Shown in pieces: positions 1 through 8,267 of a stretch of DNA of 32,835 bases. Both the position numbers and the translations under genes were made by a program. The notes below the pieces were generated by a model. The model had not been told where the DNA came from. It saw nothing but the letters and a program-made list of their open reading frames with translations, and did not search any database. Within the stretch, counting starts at the first letter, position 1. Each line of letters starts with the position of its first letter. This stretch comes from a virus (Duplodnaviria; Caudoviricetes): the IMG/VR virus record IMGVR_UViG_3300046710_000543, positions 1 through 32,835 of that record, one strand, 5' to 3'.

Positions 1-311
1 GAGGCGTGCTCCGTCGAGGCTTGCTCCGTCGAGGCTTGCTCCGTCGAGGCGTGCTCCGACGAGGCGTGCTCCGACGAGGCTTGCTCCGTCGAGGCGTGCT
101 CCGTCGAGGCGTGCTCCGTCGAGGCGTGCTCCGACGAGGCGTGCTCCGACGAGGCTTGCTCCGTCGAGGCTTGCTCCGTCGAGGCGTGCTCCGACGAGGC
201 GTGCTCCGACGAGGCTTGCTCCGACGAGGCGTGCTCCGTCGAGGCGTGCTCCGTCGAGGCGTGCTCCGTCGAGGCTTGCTCCGTCGAGGCTTGCTCCGTC
301 GAGGCTTGCTC
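1..311. repeat. 15-bp tandem repeat GAGGC(G/T)TGCTCCG(T/A)C, 20 full units plus a partial unit
   Basis: Read directly; encodes the pentapeptide repeats on the minus strand. Confidence 0.97.
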
Positions 312-612
312 GCGCTTTGACAGCCGCTTCGACTGTCAGCTTGATAGTATTTTTTTCGGCGTCGTGCTCAAAGAGTACTCCGCCGGTCCACCAGTGTTTG
401 ATTTCAATTTTCATAAGATAGTTCACGCCTCGACATTGGTCCCTCCTGGCGGCGTTGACGGCGTCCTGCCATTCCTCTTTGGTAATCGGCGCGGAATGTT
501 TGTGATGGCCCGGCGCTGCCGGTTTGGCGGGGCACCAGTGCTGTCGCAAGCCGCGTGTGGTGAAGTTGCCCTGCCCGCAAAGCAGGCAGGTGACGAGCAG
601 TTCCTTTTTCAC
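1..612 (-). CDS. Pentapeptide-repeat protein, truncated at the window edge, with a possible N-terminal C2HC zinc-finger segment
   Basis: Not in the ORF track. The frame is open from GTG 612 (GTGA overlap with the ATPase stop) through ATG 414 ([34 protein letters not shown]) into A(R/S)L(D/V)G repeats. The start may be 612 or 414. Confidence 0.85.
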   Translation of the reverse strand, partial: MKKELLVTCLLCGQGNFTTRGLRQHWCPAKPAAPGHHKHSAPITKEEWQDAVNAARRDQCRGVNYLMKIEIKHWWTGGVLFEHDAEKNTIKLTVEAAVKARASLDGASLDGASLDGARLDGARLDGARLVGASLVGARLVGARLDGASLDGASLVGARLVGARLDGARLDGARLDGASLVGARLVGARLDGASLDGASLDGARL

Positions 613-1643
613 TTGCCCTCCTTCATCTGCAACATGCCGGCGCGGCGTTGAGCGGCGGTGGAACAGAGCGCCTTGACGGCGGAGGTGACCATGCCGAGCG
701 TGAGAGTCACGTCTTCGTCATCGGCCTGTTCGCGAGCGTCACGGATGGCGCTGGCCAGGGTGGTGAGGTTGTAGCGCGCGGTGACGAGCGGTTGCAACTC
801 GCCCGCCACGGCCTTGAGTTCGGCGTTCTTTTTGAAGCCGGCGCCGGCCAGATATTCCACCACGTCGCCGGCGCTGATGCCATCGCGGTAATCATCGTGG
901 ATCGGCTGGAGACAGCGGCGCAGGGTCTGCCGGCTCTCGCCGATGGCGCTGCTGCTGCGGCCCACGATCACGTCGAACTCTGTGGGGAAGCCCAGATAGA
1001 CGAACCGCATGGGGGTCTCATCCACCAGGTCCTTGAGTAGTTTGAATAAGACGATCCCGCCATTGTGGGCCTCGTCAATGAGGAGCACGATCTCGCCGAG
1101 CGATTGAGCGTGCTTGATCAGTTCGCTCATTTGTTCGCCGGGGTTGCGCGTGAGACTGCCACCGAGCTTTTTGGTGATGGCGCAGGCGAGTTGGTAGGAC
1201 TTCTCCCTCCATGAATGCAACAAGCGCAGATAAAAGTACGGGGACGTTTTTTCCGCATCCAACAACTGGCTGGCCCACCAGCTCTTGCCCACGCCCTGCG
1301 GCGCGAGAGAGATGAGGCCGCGAATGTCCAGCGGCGATGCGAGCAGCCGTTCAAACTGCGCGTTCATCTGCACGACGTAAGGCAGTGATGCGTTGAACTG
1401 CTCGGCATCGAAGCCGCGCGCGCCGTCAATCTGCTCCGCGAACTTTGTCAGCTTGGCCAGGATGCGGGATTCATTGACGTGGCCAGCCCAGTCACCGGCC
1501 TTGAGCTTGATCCAGGTCTTGTGACTGCCGAGATATTCTTTATAGCGCGCCGCGAACCGCGCGTCGGTGAGTCCGAGCGCCTTCTGGTGCGCGACGAAGC
1601 GTTTGACGAGGTCGTTGACTGCTACCGTGTGCCCGATTTCCAT
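609..1643 (-). CDS. MuB-like AAA+ transposition ATPase
   Basis: Walker A APQGVGKS, Walker B LLIDEAH, HTH-like N-terminus; downstream of the transposase. Confidence 0.85.
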   Translation of the reverse strand: MEIGHTVAVNDLVKRFVAHQKALGLTDARFAARYKEYLGSHKTWIKLKAGDWAGHVNESRILAKLTKFAEQIDGARGFDAEQFNASLPYVVQMNAQFERLLASPLDIRGLISLAPQGVGKSWWASQLLDAEKTSPYFYLRLLHSWREKSYQLACAITKKLGGSLTRNPGEQMSELIKHAQSLGEIVLLIDEAHNGGIVLFKLLKDLVDETPMRFVYLGFPTEFDVIVGRSSSAIGESRQTLRRCLQPIHDDYRDGISAGDVVEYLAGAGFKKNAELKAVAGELQPLVTARYNLTTLASAIRDAREQADDEDVTLTLGMVTSAVKALCSTAAQRRAGMLQMKEGK

Positions 1644-1647
1644 AAAT

Positions 1648-1677
1648 GGTTGAAAGTTGTTGGTTGAGGGTTGAAGG
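1648..1677. repeat. Heptamer array (GGTTGAG family) just upstream of the ATPase start
   Basis: ggttgaa agttgtt ggttgag ggttgaa gg. Confidence 0.8.
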
Positions 1678-1914
1678 TTAAGTCGCCTGCCGGCGCAATT
1701 CCTTCTGCTGGCTGGCCAATCGGCGGGTCTGATTTTTCAGTGTGGCTTTGAACCGGCGCAGGTGGTTTGTGAGCCGCGTCTTGGTTGACTCGATTTCTTT
1801 TTGGTTTTGCCCGATGCGCTCGCGTGTGCAGGTAATGGCCCGCGCGACGCGCGCAAGTTCGAGAATGGCGGCCGTCATCGTGCCCGTCTCGGTAAGACTG
1901 ATTGTCATTCGCAT
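1678..1914 (-). CDS. Small basic coiled-coil protein (78 aa)
   Basis: ATG at 1914 (MRMTISLTE...). The longer ORF to 2580 overlaps the transposase and is not used. Confidence 0.65.
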   Translation of the reverse strand: MRMTISLTETGTMTAAILELARVARAITCTRERIGQNQKEIESTKTRLTNHLRRFKATLKNQTRRLASQQKELRRQAT

Positions 1915-1939
1915 TTTGTTCCTCCGATTTGGTTGGTTG

Positions 1940-3976
1940 TTAAACTTCCTGTAAAAGTTTTCGCAGCGAATACGGCAACTCAGCCGGACGCGCGGTGGTG
2001 GGACGAGGCGGCAAGGCTTCGGCGGGTGCCGCGTGGCGGATGTCGCGCGGCGAGGCCGCTGCCGATGCGCTGCCGTGGTCCGGCGTGTTGGTGACTTCGA
2101 CCACATTGCCCCGGCCGTCGCGGGCGCTCGCGGTGCGAGTTCCCACCTGGCCGGGACGCGGCGCGTGGCGTGCCTGCGTGGCCACAAAACTCTTTTGCTT
2201 CCGCAGACCCATGTCGCCGCGGTCCACCGCGCCGGTGCCGTAACGTTCCTCGACGGTGTAAATTTCCACGCCCGCAGGCGCGCTGGAGAGTTCCATTTTT
2301 GGCCCCGGCAATTCGCGCGGCGCCACAAACATGAATTCGCCCGGCTGCCAGCCTTGGAAATTGGCGGAGTTGCTTTGCGACGTGCGGTTGAAAACCGCGA
2401 TGCCCGCGTTCGGATTTGTCTCGTCAATCTTGTAAAACAATTCGTAGCCATCCCCGAGTGCGGCGAACTTCTCATCGCGGAACTGGTAGTCATGCCCGCG
2501 CAACTCGGCATTGATGTAGCCATTCCGCAGCGTGGTTTTGCGCATGTCGCCGGGCAGGCAGGCGGCAAAGAGCCGGCCATTCAGCGGCAGCAAACCAACC
2601 CGCTGCAAATCCTCCCAGTGCGCGTCTTCGCGCGTCTTGCCGGGAATGCCGCTCGGCAACAGCCGGGACCGGCGCATGGCCTCGGCGATGCAGTCCGCCA
2701 GTTCCGCCTGCGATGCAAAATTAAGTTCGCTCGGGTGATGACTGCCGGCGCGCACGCGGCGCAGTTGTTTGCCGGGCAATTCGTATTCGCCGGCGTAGCG
2801 GCCGATGTGCTGAAATCTCCGGGCGATGACCGCGATGTCCGTTTGCAACGGATTGAAGTGGGTCTCGATGTGCTTCGTGTGCGCGCTGCGTTTGTAACTC
2901 ACTTTGCAGCCGCAAAGGCCGAGGCCGGATGCGATGGTGGCCATTTCATTTTCCGCCATGCCGGGCCGCGTCACAACTTCCTCGACCAGCCATTCGCCCT
3001 CGCGCTTCCAGCCGGAGATCATCCGCGCCTTCCACACGCCCTGCTCGAATTCCACAAACGGAGGCACACCGCCGATGGCCAGGCAGATGCCGTAAAACGT
3101 GCGCAGAATATCCTCGGCGCGATAACTCTCGCGCACGCGCGCCACCAGCTCGACGGTCTGCCAAAATTTGTGTTTGGCAAAAATAGCGTAGAGTCCCTGG
3201 CGCGATAAAATGGTTGAGGGTTGAGAGTTGAGGGTTGAGGGAAGGTCAATGTAGAAAGGATGATTTTCGCTCATGTCGTCCATGCTCAACGTGTAGGCGG
3301 CCGGCGTTTCAAAACGGTCGCCGTTCGGCAGCCGGCAGGTCCAGTCGCGCCGGGCGCTGGCGCCGTAAAGTTGCGCGTGCTTCGGCCCGCGAATGGCCAT
3401 CTCAGTCTCCGGCGTGACAGATCCACGCAAAAAGCTCACGAACGCCGTGGGTTGGTAGCCTTCAAGCAGGCGCGGCTTTAATTTATCCGGGCACTCCGGC
3501 TCGTAAGTGAAGTGCCGCAGCGCGCTGGCAATTTTTGCCGTGCGCCGGTCGTTGGCGGCAGCGGCGCTGGAGGCGCCCATCGTGGCCACGTAAAGTTCAA
3601 GGAGCTTTTTTCGGACACCTTCATCCTTCAACAGAAACTCCCATGAGCAATCGCGCCCGCCGGTCTTCTCCGGCGCAAGACGTTCGGGTGTGAGTTCGGC
3701 ATCGGTCAGCTTGCCGAATTTTTTCACCAGGCGGCTTAACGTGGGTGCTGACGTGCCGACGATCCGCGACACTTCGTAACAAATGTAACCACGCGCAAGG
3801 TATGGACGCGCCGCCCGCAGAATGCGACACCACTCCGCGCCTTTGTCGAGTGCGAGACGTTTCATCACGGGGACCGGAATTGGAGTCAGAGTTTTACAAC
3901 CGCCCTCATCCCTGCCTTCTCCCCCAGGAGAAGGTGAGGCGTGCGGCGCGGGAAATGGTTTAAGGAAGTAGTCCAT
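1940..3976 (-). CDS. MuA-like DDE transposase
   Basis: 678 aa. N-terminal HTH (EVSRIVGTSAPTLSRLVKKF), acidic motifs SMDDMS / EFEQGVW / KHIETHF, Mu-transposase-like C-terminal beta region (LRNGYINAELRGHDYQF); lies upstream of the AAA ATPase. Confidence 0.85.
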   Translation of the reverse strand: MDYFLKPFPAPHASPSPGGEGRDEGGCKTLTPIPVPVMKRLALDKGAEWCRILRAARPYLARGYICYEVSRIVGTSAPTLSRLVKKFGKLTDAELTPERLAPEKTGGRDCSWEFLLKDEGVRKKLLELYVATMGASSAAAANDRRTAKIASALRHFTYEPECPDKLKPRLLEGYQPTAFVSFLRGSVTPETEMAIRGPKHAQLYGASARRDWTCRLPNGDRFETPAAYTLSMDDMSENHPFYIDLPSTLNSQPSTILSRQGLYAIFAKHKFWQTVELVARVRESYRAEDILRTFYGICLAIGGVPPFVEFEQGVWKARMISGWKREGEWLVEEVVTRPGMAENEMATIASGLGLCGCKVSYKRSAHTKHIETHFNPLQTDIAVIARRFQHIGRYAGEYELPGKQLRRVRAGSHHPSELNFASQAELADCIAEAMRRSRLLPSGIPGKTREDAHWEDLQRVGLLPLNGRLFAACLPGDMRKTTLRNGYINAELRGHDYQFRDEKFAALGDGYELFYKIDETNPNAGIAVFNRTSQSNSANFQGWQPGEFMFVAPRELPGPKMELSSAPAGVEIYTVEERYGTGAVDRGDMGLRKQKSFVATQARHAPRPGQVGTRTASARDGRGNVVEVTNTPDHGSASAAASPRDIRHAAPAEALPPRPTTARPAELPYSLRKLLQEV
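3212..3241. repeat. Heptamer array inside the transposase core, read in frame as PSTLNSQPST
   Basis: ggttgag ggttgag agttgag ggttgag gg. Confidence 0.9.
3903..3934. repeat. REP-like palindromic element in the transposase N-terminus (SPSPGGEGRDEG)
   Basis: ccctcatccctg CCTTCTCC ccca GGAGAAGG; same layout as the element at 18727-18773. Confidence 0.7.
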
Positions 3977-3978
3977 GC

Positions 3979-4917
3979 TTATTTCTCGCGGCGTTTGAGT
4001 TCCGTCTTGATGACCCTGGCGAATTCGGCCAGCAGATCGTCGGGCATCTGCTCGACGACCGGCGGCAGTTCATTGAGCGCGGCCTTGCGCGTCTCCGGTT
4101 CCCACTTCTGCCAATAGATAAATTTATTTTTTAGACCGCGCATGGCGTCGCCGAACAGGCTCAACTGTTTTCCAACCTTCTCCGGACGGCCGCCGCCGTG
4201 CTCGTGGCCGATTTTGCGATTGTGTTCCTGCGCGTTAATCTGTTTTACGGCCGTCAGCACCGCGCCCAGGCCGTAGGGCCGCGTGTGTTTATCCTCCGGG
4301 TCCTCGGCCATCAAAATGCGCGGCTCAAAAAACTTCTTGAACGTGGTGTTGGCCTCCTTGTTCCCGTCCCGATCCGTGATCGTGCGCGGCGTTGTGTCCG
4401 GCCAATAGGTTGTGTGCAGTTCGCTGGCTTGAAGTAAAACGCGGTAGGAGATTCCCAGTTCAACGGCGATTTCCTCGGGGGTTTGCTCCCCGATCCGCAC
4501 TGAGTGCGGATCGGGAGCCGTCGCGCCTCTTTTTAGGTTGGAAAGTGACCGGTTTTTTGCCTCTGAAACCATTTCCTCCAGCATGGGCGCGAGCAGATAA
4601 GCGAGTTGGCCTTTTGTGTAGTGTTTCCGATTTGCCAGCGTCTCGAAGATGATGGCCATGACCTCGTCCTCCTTCACCACCTTCACGCGCACCTTGGGCC
4701 ACGCGAGCGTTTTCGCGTTCCAAAACCAATGGCGGCCATCCACGATCTCATTCTCGGCGGTGATCAAAATCTCGCGCGCATCCGGCCCGCTGCGTTTCAT
4801 GCCGCGTCGCCAGGCGACCATGCGTTCGTCATCGTTGGCCAGCCGGGGCATGGCCTTGAGTTCGCGGTGGATGGACAGTTGGTTGGGGTCGCGGTATTCG
4901 TAGTTCATAATTTTCAA
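3979..4917 (-). CDS. ParB/Srx-like domain protein with HTH
   Basis: ILITAENEIVDGRH motif, NRKH motif, HTH-like PEEIAVELGISYRVL. Confidence 0.8.
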   Translation of the reverse strand: MKIMNYEYRDPNQLSIHRELKAMPRLANDDERMVAWRRGMKRSGPDAREILITAENEIVDGRHWFWNAKTLAWPKVRVKVVKEDEVMAIIFETLANRKHYTKGQLAYLLAPMLEEMVSEAKNRSLSNLKRGATAPDPHSVRIGEQTPEEIAVELGISYRVLLQASELHTTYWPDTTPRTITDRDGNKEANTTFKKFFEPRILMAEDPEDKHTRPYGLGAVLTAVKQINAQEHNRKIGHEHGGGRPEKVGKQLSLFGDAMRGLKNKFIYWQKWEPETRKAALNELPPVVEQMPDDLLAEFARVIKTELKRREK

Positions 4918-5342
4918 GCGGACATGGCTGCCAGATTGGTTGGTTGAGGGAAAAATTCCACCTGCTGCTGCGGCCTGGCAACGGCGCTGCCGTGCCGCCG
5001 CAGGAACGCCGCCGCCATGCCGGCGTTGGTGAGTTTATAGACACTCAACCACGCGCTCTTGCGGTCCGGACGTTTCGACTTCACGCGCAGCGCATACCAC
5101 TGGCCGTCGGACATGTGGCCCATGGGCCGGATCACATTCGCGTTTTTCAACAACTCGATCACACTGCCGGCAATGCCGGGGCCGTCGCCACGTTCCTTGT
5201 CTGGCACGATGTCCGTGGTGAACAGCGGGCGGCCCTGTTCCAGCGCGTGGCGAACCAGGCTGACGGCGAACCGTTGCAGCTCAGGATTTTTCCAGACGAT
5301 CTCCTGGTCGATGGCCGCGTGAAATTTAGGGTCGTCGCTCAT
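4914..5342 (-). CDS. Hypothetical phage protein, possibly winged helix
   Basis: 142-aa ORF in the operon; its stop overlaps the next start. Confidence 0.7.
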   Translation of the reverse strand: MSDDPKFHAAIDQEIVWKNPELQRFAVSLVRHALEQGRPLFTTDIVPDKERGDGPGIAGSVIELLKNANVIRPMGHMSDGQWYALRVKSKRPDRKSAWLSVYKLTNAGMAAAFLRRHGSAVARPQQQVEFFPQPTNLAAMSA

Positions 5343-5347
5343 CGCTC

Positions 5348-5380
5348 GGTTGAGGGTTTTTGGTTGAGGGCTGAGGGTTC
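5348..5380. repeat. Intergenic heptamer array (GGTTGAG family)
   Basis: ggttgag ggttttt ggttgag ggctgag ggttc. Confidence 0.8.
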
Positions 5381-5386
5381 ACAAGG

Positions 5387-5590
5387 TCAGTTGAACTTCA
5401 CGTTTTGCGGATGTTTGCAGAACCAGATTTGCAGGTAGCCCCAGGCATCCGCGAATTTGTGCTTCCGTTTGAGGGTAGGACAACAAACGGCCGTATATTC
5501 CAGCAACTCCTTCACCGTCGGGCAGCACACCATCAGAAGCATCGGCGGCGCGTCGGCCAGTTCGGGGAGGAGGGTTTTTATTTTAATCAT
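5387..5590 (-). CDS. Small hypothetical protein (67 aa) with a duplicated VCCPT
   Basis: ATG at 5590 in ATGA overlap with the upstream stop. Confidence 0.6.
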   Translation of the reverse strand: MIKIKTLLPELADAPPMLLMVCCPTVKELLEYTAVCCPTLKRKHKFADAWGYLQIWFCKHPQNVKFN

Positions 5591-6333
5591 TCGGAGTTCG
5601 GAGTTCGGAGTTCGGAGTTCGATGTTCGGAGTTCGATGTTCGGAGTTCGATGTTCGGAGTTCGATGTTCGGAGTTCGTTTCGGGAAAAAGTATTCCGCGC
5701 CGGGATGCTCGCGCCGTTGCAACTTGCCAATTGGCGGGTGGCGGTGTCCTTCTCCGGCGCGGAAAGTTTTTGGTAAAGCGACTTCGATCCACGATGGCCG
5801 CGCGCGAGGAGTGTCAGTCTTTTTGCATGGGCAAACCTTTGAAGATACAAGGCCACGGAAAATTCGCTTAAAACTTTGCCCTCCCGCTCCAGCCGGTTTT
5901 TGAAGTCGAGGATGGTGAACGGCTCCTCTTGCGCTTTTAAAAAGTCGTCCAGGAACCGCACGAGGCGCGCGCTCACGCCCGGCACGCTGCTTTTCCCCGC
6001 GGGCGGCCGGCCGTGAGTGTTCAGCCCGCGCGCGCGTAGTTTAGCTGCTTGGATCTGGCTGGCGGTAATCGGCGGCATCACCACCGGCGCGCTGGTCAGT
6101 CCGGACGCCACGGACCGGGCCAGGTAACGCTTGGCCATTTCAACCTCGGCGGGAGTCACGCCGGCGGAGTCAGCTTTAGCTGCAGTTTCCAAGAGGCTGG
6201 TTAGCGGACGGCGACTTGTTGAAATCCGCCAGACGTGCAGGCACAAGCCGCATTGGACAGTATCGCCCGGACGCGCGACATCGCGACCAATTGACGGCAG
6301 CAACTCCCTGCATTCCGGGCATTGTAATTTCAT
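5587..6333 (-). CDS. Zinc-ribbon plus winged-helix-like protein with a repeat-encoded C-terminal tail
   Basis: ATG 6333 (ATGA overlap); CPEC...CGLC; wHTH-like RLVRFLDDFLK...SLYQK. Confidence 0.7.
   Translation of the reverse strand: MKLQCPECRELLPSIGRDVARPGDTVQCGLCLHVWRISTSRRPLTSLLETAAKADSAGVTPAEVEMAKRYLARSVASGLTSAPVVMPPITASQIQAAKLRARGLNTHGRPPAGKSSVPGVSARLVRFLDDFLKAQEEPFTILDFKNRLEREGKVLSEFSVALYLQRFAHAKRLTLLARGHRGSKSLYQKLSAPEKDTATRQLASCNGASIPARNTFSRNELRTSNSEHRTPNIELRTSNSELRTPNSE
5590..5677. repeat. Heptamer array, 12 units: (TTCGGAG)x4 then (TTCGATG-TTCGGAG)x4
   Basis: Counted directly. Confidence 0.97.
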
Positions 6334-6770
6334 TGGAGCCTCCGTTCCAGGAACGCGGCCAGGCTGGCGCGCGTCAGTTCGTGGTTTACCTCGGCCAGCT
6401 CGCCGGTGCGCACCAGGCGCGAGATGGTCATGTGGTTCATCGTCCATTGGAGTTCGATCTCGCCACGAGGGAACGTCCGGCGCGTGCCGAGAATTCTCGG
6501 GATGATTTCTTTTTCCGCCGCCCATCGCACCCCAACCGCTCCCAGCAGCTCCTCTTTCCAAAAGCGCAGTTCCCGAATGTCGCCGTTCGGCTTGACGCCG
6601 ATGTTGAAGACCCACCGCAGGAATTTCGGGTGCGTCGCATCGCCGACACAATTGCGGACGCTCTCGGAATCGCACCCGCGCGCGATGCGCACCGTCTCCA
6701 GCGTCACCAGCACCGTGCGCGCGCTGATCTCCAGCGGCAGACATTTTTGTGTGGCGAGAGGTGAGGTCAT
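6330..6770 (-). CDS. Excisionase/HTH_17-like DNA-binding protein
   Basis: C-terminal EIELQWTMNHMTISRLVRTGEL...LTRASLAAFLERR; TGATG overlap at the start. Confidence 0.6.
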   Translation of the reverse strand: MTSPLATQKCLPLEISARTVLVTLETVRIARGCDSESVRNCVGDATHPKFLRWVFNIGVKPNGDIRELRFWKEELLGAVGVRWAAEKEIIPRILGTRRTFPRGEIELQWTMNHMTISRLVRTGELAEVNHELTRASLAAFLERRLQ

Positions 6771-6961
6771 CACCATCTCCCTTTTTGCGGCCCCGCCGCC
6801 GCCTGATTTAACTGCCCAAACCGCGTATCAATCGCCCGGCAAATTTCATCCTTCTCAAACGAGTTGAGCGTTTCATCTTGAACAGCGTCCAGGCGATACG
6901 CCTGCAACGTGCCGGCATCGGTCGCGCGCGAAATATCAAACAGATAGGCGCACAAGTTCAT
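6770..6961 (-). CDS. Small hypothetical protein (63 aa)
   Basis: ATG 6961 (MNLCAYLFDIS) with overlaps at both ends. Confidence 0.65.
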   Translation of the reverse strand: MNLCAYLFDISRATDAGTLQAYRLDAVQDETLNSFEKDEICRAIDTRFGQLNQAAAGPQKGRW

Positions 6962-7110
6962 GGCTTGCCTCGACTCGGGTTTTTGTCGCCACGCATCCAG
7001 CGCCCGACTTCGGCGCCGTGCAGACAGGGACTGAGCTTTGTGCAGGCGCATCGCCGGCAGGTTCGCTCTTTTTTAGCCTTCAGCCTTGAGCCTTTAGCCT
7101 TTACTTTCAC
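6958..7110 (-). CDS. Small Cys-rich protein (RTCRRCACT...PC) with a repeat-encoded N-terminus
   Basis: GTG 7110 overlaps the upstream TGA; its stop overlaps ATG 6961. Confidence 0.55.
   Translation of the reverse strand: MKVKAKGSRLKAKKERTCRRCACTKLSPCLHGAEVGRWMRGDKNPSRGKP
7073..7107. repeat. Heptamer array (TCAGCCT family)
   Basis: ttagcct tcagcct tgagcct ttagcct ttacttt. Confidence 0.9.
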
Positions 7111-7283
7111 GCCACCCTCCGCAGCAAGGTTGGATTGAGCCGCACCAGGTCGCCCGGCCAGACCTTCCGCCAGTCGAACGAGTAGAGACATTTTTTAAGG
7201 GACCATTGCAGCCGGCGGGTTGCCGCCAGGCACGCCGCGAAACCCGGCGTGTGAATTGTGACGGTGATATTGTTCGTGCTCAT
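7107..7283 (-). CDS. Small hypothetical protein (58 aa)
   Basis: Translated by hand, MSTNNITVTIHTPGF...LLRRVA; ATGA overlap with the Cro-like stop. Confidence 0.55.
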   Translation of the reverse strand: MSTNNITVTIHTPGFAACLAATRRLQWSLKKCLYSFDWRKVWPGDLVRLNPTLLRRVA

Positions 7284-7459
7284 TTCGCGCCTCTTTTGAG
7301 TTGCCGATAACGGCGGGTTAACGACCGGCTCGGTCGGTTGCCTTCGAGAACTTCCCAGAGGTGCTGGCGGGTAACTCCAAGGGTCTCCGCCTGCGCCCCG
7401 ATATTTGGATATTTGACCCTGCGCCGGACCTGTGCTTTATTTGCTGTCGCCTGTGACAT
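7280..7459 (-). CDS. Cro/Ner-like HTH regulator (59 aa)
   Basis: Translated by hand, ...IGAQAETLGVTRQHLWEVLEGNRPS...; divergent from the repressor; below the ORF-track size cutoff. Confidence 0.8.
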   Translation of the reverse strand: MSQATANKAQVRRRVKYPNIGAQAETLGVTRQHLWEVLEGNRPSRSLTRRYRQLKRGAK

Positions 7460-7465
7460 AAAGGC

Positions 7466-7493
7466 AATGTAACAAAACTTACAACCTCGTCAA
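7466..7493 (-). promoter_or_regulatory. Early leftward sigma70-like promoter, probably leaderless
   Basis: TTGACG (7493-7488), 16 nt, TACATT (7471-7466); ATG at 7459 follows after 6 nt. Confidence 0.6.
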
Positions 7494-7517
7494 CACTTAA
7501 TTGAAAGAAAAATTACA
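7468..7517. promoter_or_regulatory. Two putative operators TGTAA-N6-TTACA
   Basis: Perfect copy at 7468-7483; one-mismatch copy TGAAA-N6-TTACA at 7502-7517. Confidence 0.65.
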
Positions 7518-7860
7518 ACTGTCTGGATGGCTCCAGGCGTGGTTGGATGAGCACAAGAAAAACGCCCTTTGGCTTTCAAAGGCCATCGGGCTTTCTCACG
7601 TCACTATTGGGAATTATCTAAAGGGGAAATCAGCCCGATCTGACCATGTTGTTAAATTGGCGCAGTTCTTTAAAGTCAGCGCCGACGAGTTGTTGGGTAT
7701 CAAGCCGCCGCAGGCCAATTACGGAGAACACCAGCCGCAGATTATGACGATGCACGATGCCCCGACAAAGAAAGTAATTGCCAAACTGCGCGGACAGGTT
7801 CAAAACCTGCAAAGTCAAATCATCGAAATCAATTCCACCCTCAACGAACTCGAATCATGA
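7501..7860 (+). CDS. XRE-family HTH prophage repressor
   Basis: LSKAIGLSHVTIGNYLKG...KLAQFFKVSADELLG; C-terminal coiled coil; no S24 peptidase domain. Confidence 0.88.
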   Translation: MKEKLQLSGWLQAWLDEHKKNALWLSKAIGLSHVTIGNYLKGKSARSDHVVKLAQFFKVSADELLGIKPPQANYGEHQPQIMTMHDAPTKKVIAKLRGQVQNLQSQIIEINSTLNELES

Positions 7861-8267
7861 AAACCATCCTCTGCATCCTCACCGCCGTCGCGCTGCTGTG
7901 CGGCTGCGGAACAATTGAACAGTCCATGGCACACAAACTGGCGAAAACGGCCAGACTTGAAGATTACGGTCCGCCGCCGCCAACCAACCACGTTGAACTT
8001 GAAGAGTATTTTGTCCGCGCCGGTCTTAAAGACCCAGACAGTGCTCAAATCCGATTCACCAACAGCGTCCCGGCCCCTTCTATTATTCCCAGTGGCTTTG
8101 CCAGTCCGACGCCCCGGTTGATATGGCAGACATTTTTTGAGGTTAACGCCAAAAACTCTTACGGCGGGTACACTGGTTTCAGTCCCTACCTGTTCGCCTG
8201 GCGCGATGGGAAAATGGTCGCCTACATTTCACCGGGCCAAGGTTTTTGGAATTATTTAGCGCCATGA
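7857..8267 (+). CDS. Lipoprotein
   Basis: Lipobox LLCGC; KDPDSAQ...VNAKNSYGGYTG motif. Confidence 0.85.
   Translation: MKTILCILTAVALLCGCGTIEQSMAHKLAKTARLEDYGPPPPTNHVELEEYFVRAGLKDPDSAQIRFTNSVPAPSIIPSGFASPTPRLIWQTFFEVNAKNSYGGYTGFSPYLFAWRDGKMVAYISPGQGFWNYLAP

Noticed and set aside
1-311. Possible CRISPR array or DGR-type adenine variation
   Set aside because: Units are contiguous with no spacers; only two variable sites; no cas or reverse transcriptase gene in the window.
6-320. Plus-strand RRG(L/V)L repeat ORF
   Set aside because: Shadow of the minus-strand pentapeptide gene, which has a typical N-terminus and matches operon direction.
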